A stretch of DNA of 64,000 nt from Camelus dromedarius (Eukaryota), in contig NC_087438.1 in NCBI RefSeq assembly GCF_036321535.1, positions 2,048,001-2,112,000 on the forward strand, in the 5' to 3' direction. The notes under the pieces are model-generated. The model did no database searches, was not told the DNA's origin, and worked only from the letters and a program-made list of their open reading frames with translations. The stretch's first letter is position 1. Every line of letters starts with the position of its first letter. Shown piece by piece: positions 60,975-64,000 of the stretch. The translations under genes were made by a program, and so were the position numbers.

Positions 60975-61225
60975 TACTTTTCAGGTCTCCGCTCAAATAT
61001 CCCTTCCTCTCCTGCTCTCTCCGTAAGAGTACATCCTCCCCTTCCCCGGCCCACTGGATCCAGAACTTCTTGGACCTAATATCCACCCATCGGTGTGACT
61101 CCTGTAATATCTCTCATCTCCTTTGGGCGGAGGGTCTGTGAGGACACCTGATGGCCTGTCTCATTCGCCCCCGTGCATCTGCAGGCCATCACGTATTATG
61201 CTCCCCATAAATATTTATTAAATAA
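60975..61225 (+). mobile_element. Decayed L2 fragment
   Basis: ttcaggtctccgctcaaatatcccttcctc and terminal ataaatatttattaaataaa. Confidence 0.45.
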
Positions 61226-63691
61226 ACAACTTATTAAAACATAATGTAAAATGCTTCCAGGAGTTCAGAATGAACGTACAGAGATAAGCAGACCAAGAAG
61301 TCCGACAGCGCACGGGGGCCGCCGGGCCGCGCGGTTTTCCTAGACGTGTGCAACCAGATACCGGCTATTTCCTTTTTGTAGCTGCCCCCGTGGTTGTCAC
61401 CACTGAGTCAGTGAATGTCCTCAGTCCCCTCGGCCCCACAACGCCCCCCCCCCCGCGTGGAGAGGGCGAGGCTGCCCCTCTGAGTGCCTTGTTCTCCTTT
61501 CACAGACTCAGCAGTTTTCACACCAAATGTCTGTACAAGAGACTCAACATACATTCAGACACTGGTAAATGGCAAGCTGGAAATTGGATCTCAACTGAGA
61601 AAGCACGGTTACTCATTTTTTCCTGACAATTTCGGGTTTGAAAAAATGATTCTGTAGCAACCTGCCATGAAAAAATGTGCTGAAGAAACTCCACAAAACA
61701 CAGGCTTCCCTGCCTTGTCATCCCCAAGAACGTCCCCCAAACCCAGTTTTCTGTTGGATGGGCTTGTGTGGTGTCTCAGATCTGGCTCCACACCAAGCAC
61801 TACCTAACGGCAGAGATGAGAGGCTGCATTTACCAAGTCTCAGCCAGCATTCCCGAGCTGGTTCTGAAACCACGAGAGCCCCGTGGACCAGCCTTGGTGT
61901 TACGTGCAGGAACGCCCGCAGTGATGCACTCTGGCGTCCCGGGCCAGCCCGGCTGGCTTTGCTAACCTGAGTGTATTTCATCCCAAACCCTGCACCGCAC
62001 AACATCAGCTAGCGGCGCTGGCCACGTGCTGATGACCCTGCTGCGTGCTACGGTCAGCTGACACGGCCCCTGGTTAGAGAGGCCCCAACCAGAGCCGCCC
62101 CAGGGGGCGGTGCTCCCAGCTCCCTGGGCTGCGCGACGCTGTGGGTGCTGATGCGGGGTATCAGGGAAGCGAGCCGAGCAGAGATGCTGCAGCCAGCAAC
62201 CCCGGAAGGACCCGACCCACCATCTCCACACGGACACCCTGGCCCGCGGTGCGCTCTGCGGCCGGCCTCCCCCCCCGGGCCTTGGCTGTGGTGTTCGCTT
62301 TCTCTTCCTCCAGCCAGTCCTCCTTTTCTGGACTGGAAGAGCTTCATGCGATCACTTTGTACGTCTGCATGGCGCCACCACTCTGAACAAATTGCTCACT
62401 TACATGGTATTTTCCCGTGTTCTGTAGCCATTACAGAATTTAAATAAAATATTCATATGCACTTTCTTAATTAAAACATTTTTCTTGAAGCATGTTGGTG
62501 AGCGTGGCCTCCGGCCTCCTCTTGCTCAAGGTTTGGAGACGCCCATGCCCACCTCACTGCCCCCTCACTCCTTTGAACTCCAGTTCAAACCCTTGTCATC
62601 ACAAGCCTCTTCTGCAAACCAGACCAGAGATACTGTCATCTGTGGGAAAAAAAATTACCTTTACCCTCAGAATGAGCAGTCTCATTCTGTATGACATTCT
62701 TGCCTGCATACTATTATCTTTTATTTGCCAAGAAAAGTTAAATCACCATAAAGCTGAAATGAGAAATATTAGGATAACTTTGGGAAAAGTACGCATTTTT
62801 TTCCATTAGAAAGTAGCAATGGTATTTCAGCCCTGACATTGTTGTTTTCAGTAAGACAACTGTCCTAAAGTAAAAGGGGAAAAAAGAATATTTTTACATA
62901 TGTATGTAAAGGTCCTGGTCCAACAACGGTGCTTTCAAAATAAGACAAATGGGGGTGAAGCAGAGACCGCTCGGGGGCTAGAACGCGCTTACCCGAGGAG
63001 TGTTCCTCCCCTGCCCACCCCCAGCAAGCAGATCATTTTGGCCCCTGAAGCTTAGATTTGCCCGGTGGACAGCACAACTCTTATTCCTATGACAGTGAAA
63101 TCAATCTTCCCCCCACAGGAAGCTAAACGGAGCAGCAAAAGGTAGTACCACGACCCACTCCCCGGGGCACAGGGCGCACTCTCGGGGTCCCCGTACTTGA
63201 GACGCTCCTGCCGGGTCGGCACACGCAGCCACAGTCAGACACTGCGGTCACGTACCAGTTGTGTTGTGATGCTGGCGGAGGCAACAGCAGCAACAAATTC
63301 TCTCAAAGAATTTATCCAAGACGTCATTCCAGCGGCTCCCCCCGGAAGCGGCCGGCCGGCCTCTGCGGCATGTGGGCCACGTGCCGCCACCTTACAGGGA
63401 ACTTTTTCACCACAGGAGGGCTCCCATATAAAAAGTGAAGTAAACTGTTAACAAAGGCATTAATCATTAAAAAACACAGTTGGAACAAATGCATGGAAAT
63501 AAAGCTGATATGATATCCATTGTTTTGATGAAATCCACACCTGCGAATTGGTCAGCTGGAACCCCAAGTAACTGTGAGAAACAATTAACGCCATGAAGCC
63601 CCCAGACTCATGCACTGTTTAACCCTGCAGTTAACTGAAACCATCACCCACCCAGCCCTACGCAGACAACGTGCACCATGGAGACGCTCCT

Positions 63692-63986
63692 CAACATACC
63701 GCTTGTACGTGGAATCTAAAAACATGACACAATGAACTTACTCACAAAACAGAAACGGACTCACAGACGTAGAGAACCGACTTCCGGTTACTGAAGGGGA
63801 AAGGAGGCGGGATACAGTAGGAGCCTGGGATTAGCCGGCACACACTCCTGTACGTGACACAGATGAGCAGCACTCGGCATCTTGGAATAGCCTGCGGCGG
63901 CAGAGAGCACGGAAGAGACCCTGCATGTGTGTAACTGACACCTGAAACTAACACATCGGAAATCAATCCATGTCAATTAAAAAAAA
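63692..63986 (+). mobile_element. 5'-truncated L1 3' end, GC-shifted
   Basis: gtggaatctaaaaacatgacacaatgaacttactcacaaaacagaaacggactcacagacgtagag...cacctgaaactaacac...tcaattaaaaaaa. Confidence 0.93.
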
Positions 63987-64000
63987 TTTTCTTGAAGTAG

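Noticed and set aside
57584..62110. CTCF-like motifs (57584-57597, 58350-58363, ~62097-62110)
   Set aside because: Each has 2-3 mismatches to the core, and such matches are expected by chance in GC-rich DNA.
1..64000. Assigning the window to a named gene or locus
   Set aside because: No exon was recognised, so any gene name would be a guess without alignment.

Overview
Mammalian, GC- and CpG-rich, apparently non-coding DNA, most likely camelid (alpaca/llama/camel), judged from two tRNA-derived SINEs that match the camelid vic-1 family as I recall it and from artiodactyl-type L1 3' ends. I found no credible protein-coding exon, rRNA, tRNA gene or CRISPR array. The listed ORFs are explained by high GC content, microsatellites or decayed L1 ORF2. 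The window contains old L1 fragments, several 5'-truncated younger L1 3' ends, about six MaLR (MLT1) solo LTRs, one ERV1-type solo LTR nested in an MLT1, and long micro- and minisatellites. It also has a CpG island (~51.3-52.6 kb) with a doubled CRE/E-box plus ETS module but no linked ORF, and several repeat-free AT-rich blocks dense in homeodomain/POU/posterior-HOX motifs that look like developmental enhancers. Some L1 copies differ from their in-window sister copy almost only by A/T->G/C changes, suggesting GC-biased gene conversion. Overall it resembles a subtelomeric gene desert or giant intron. I do not see a new gene system; the best leads are regulatory and evolutionary. All repeat family names come from visual recognition and need Dfam/RepeatMasker confirmation.
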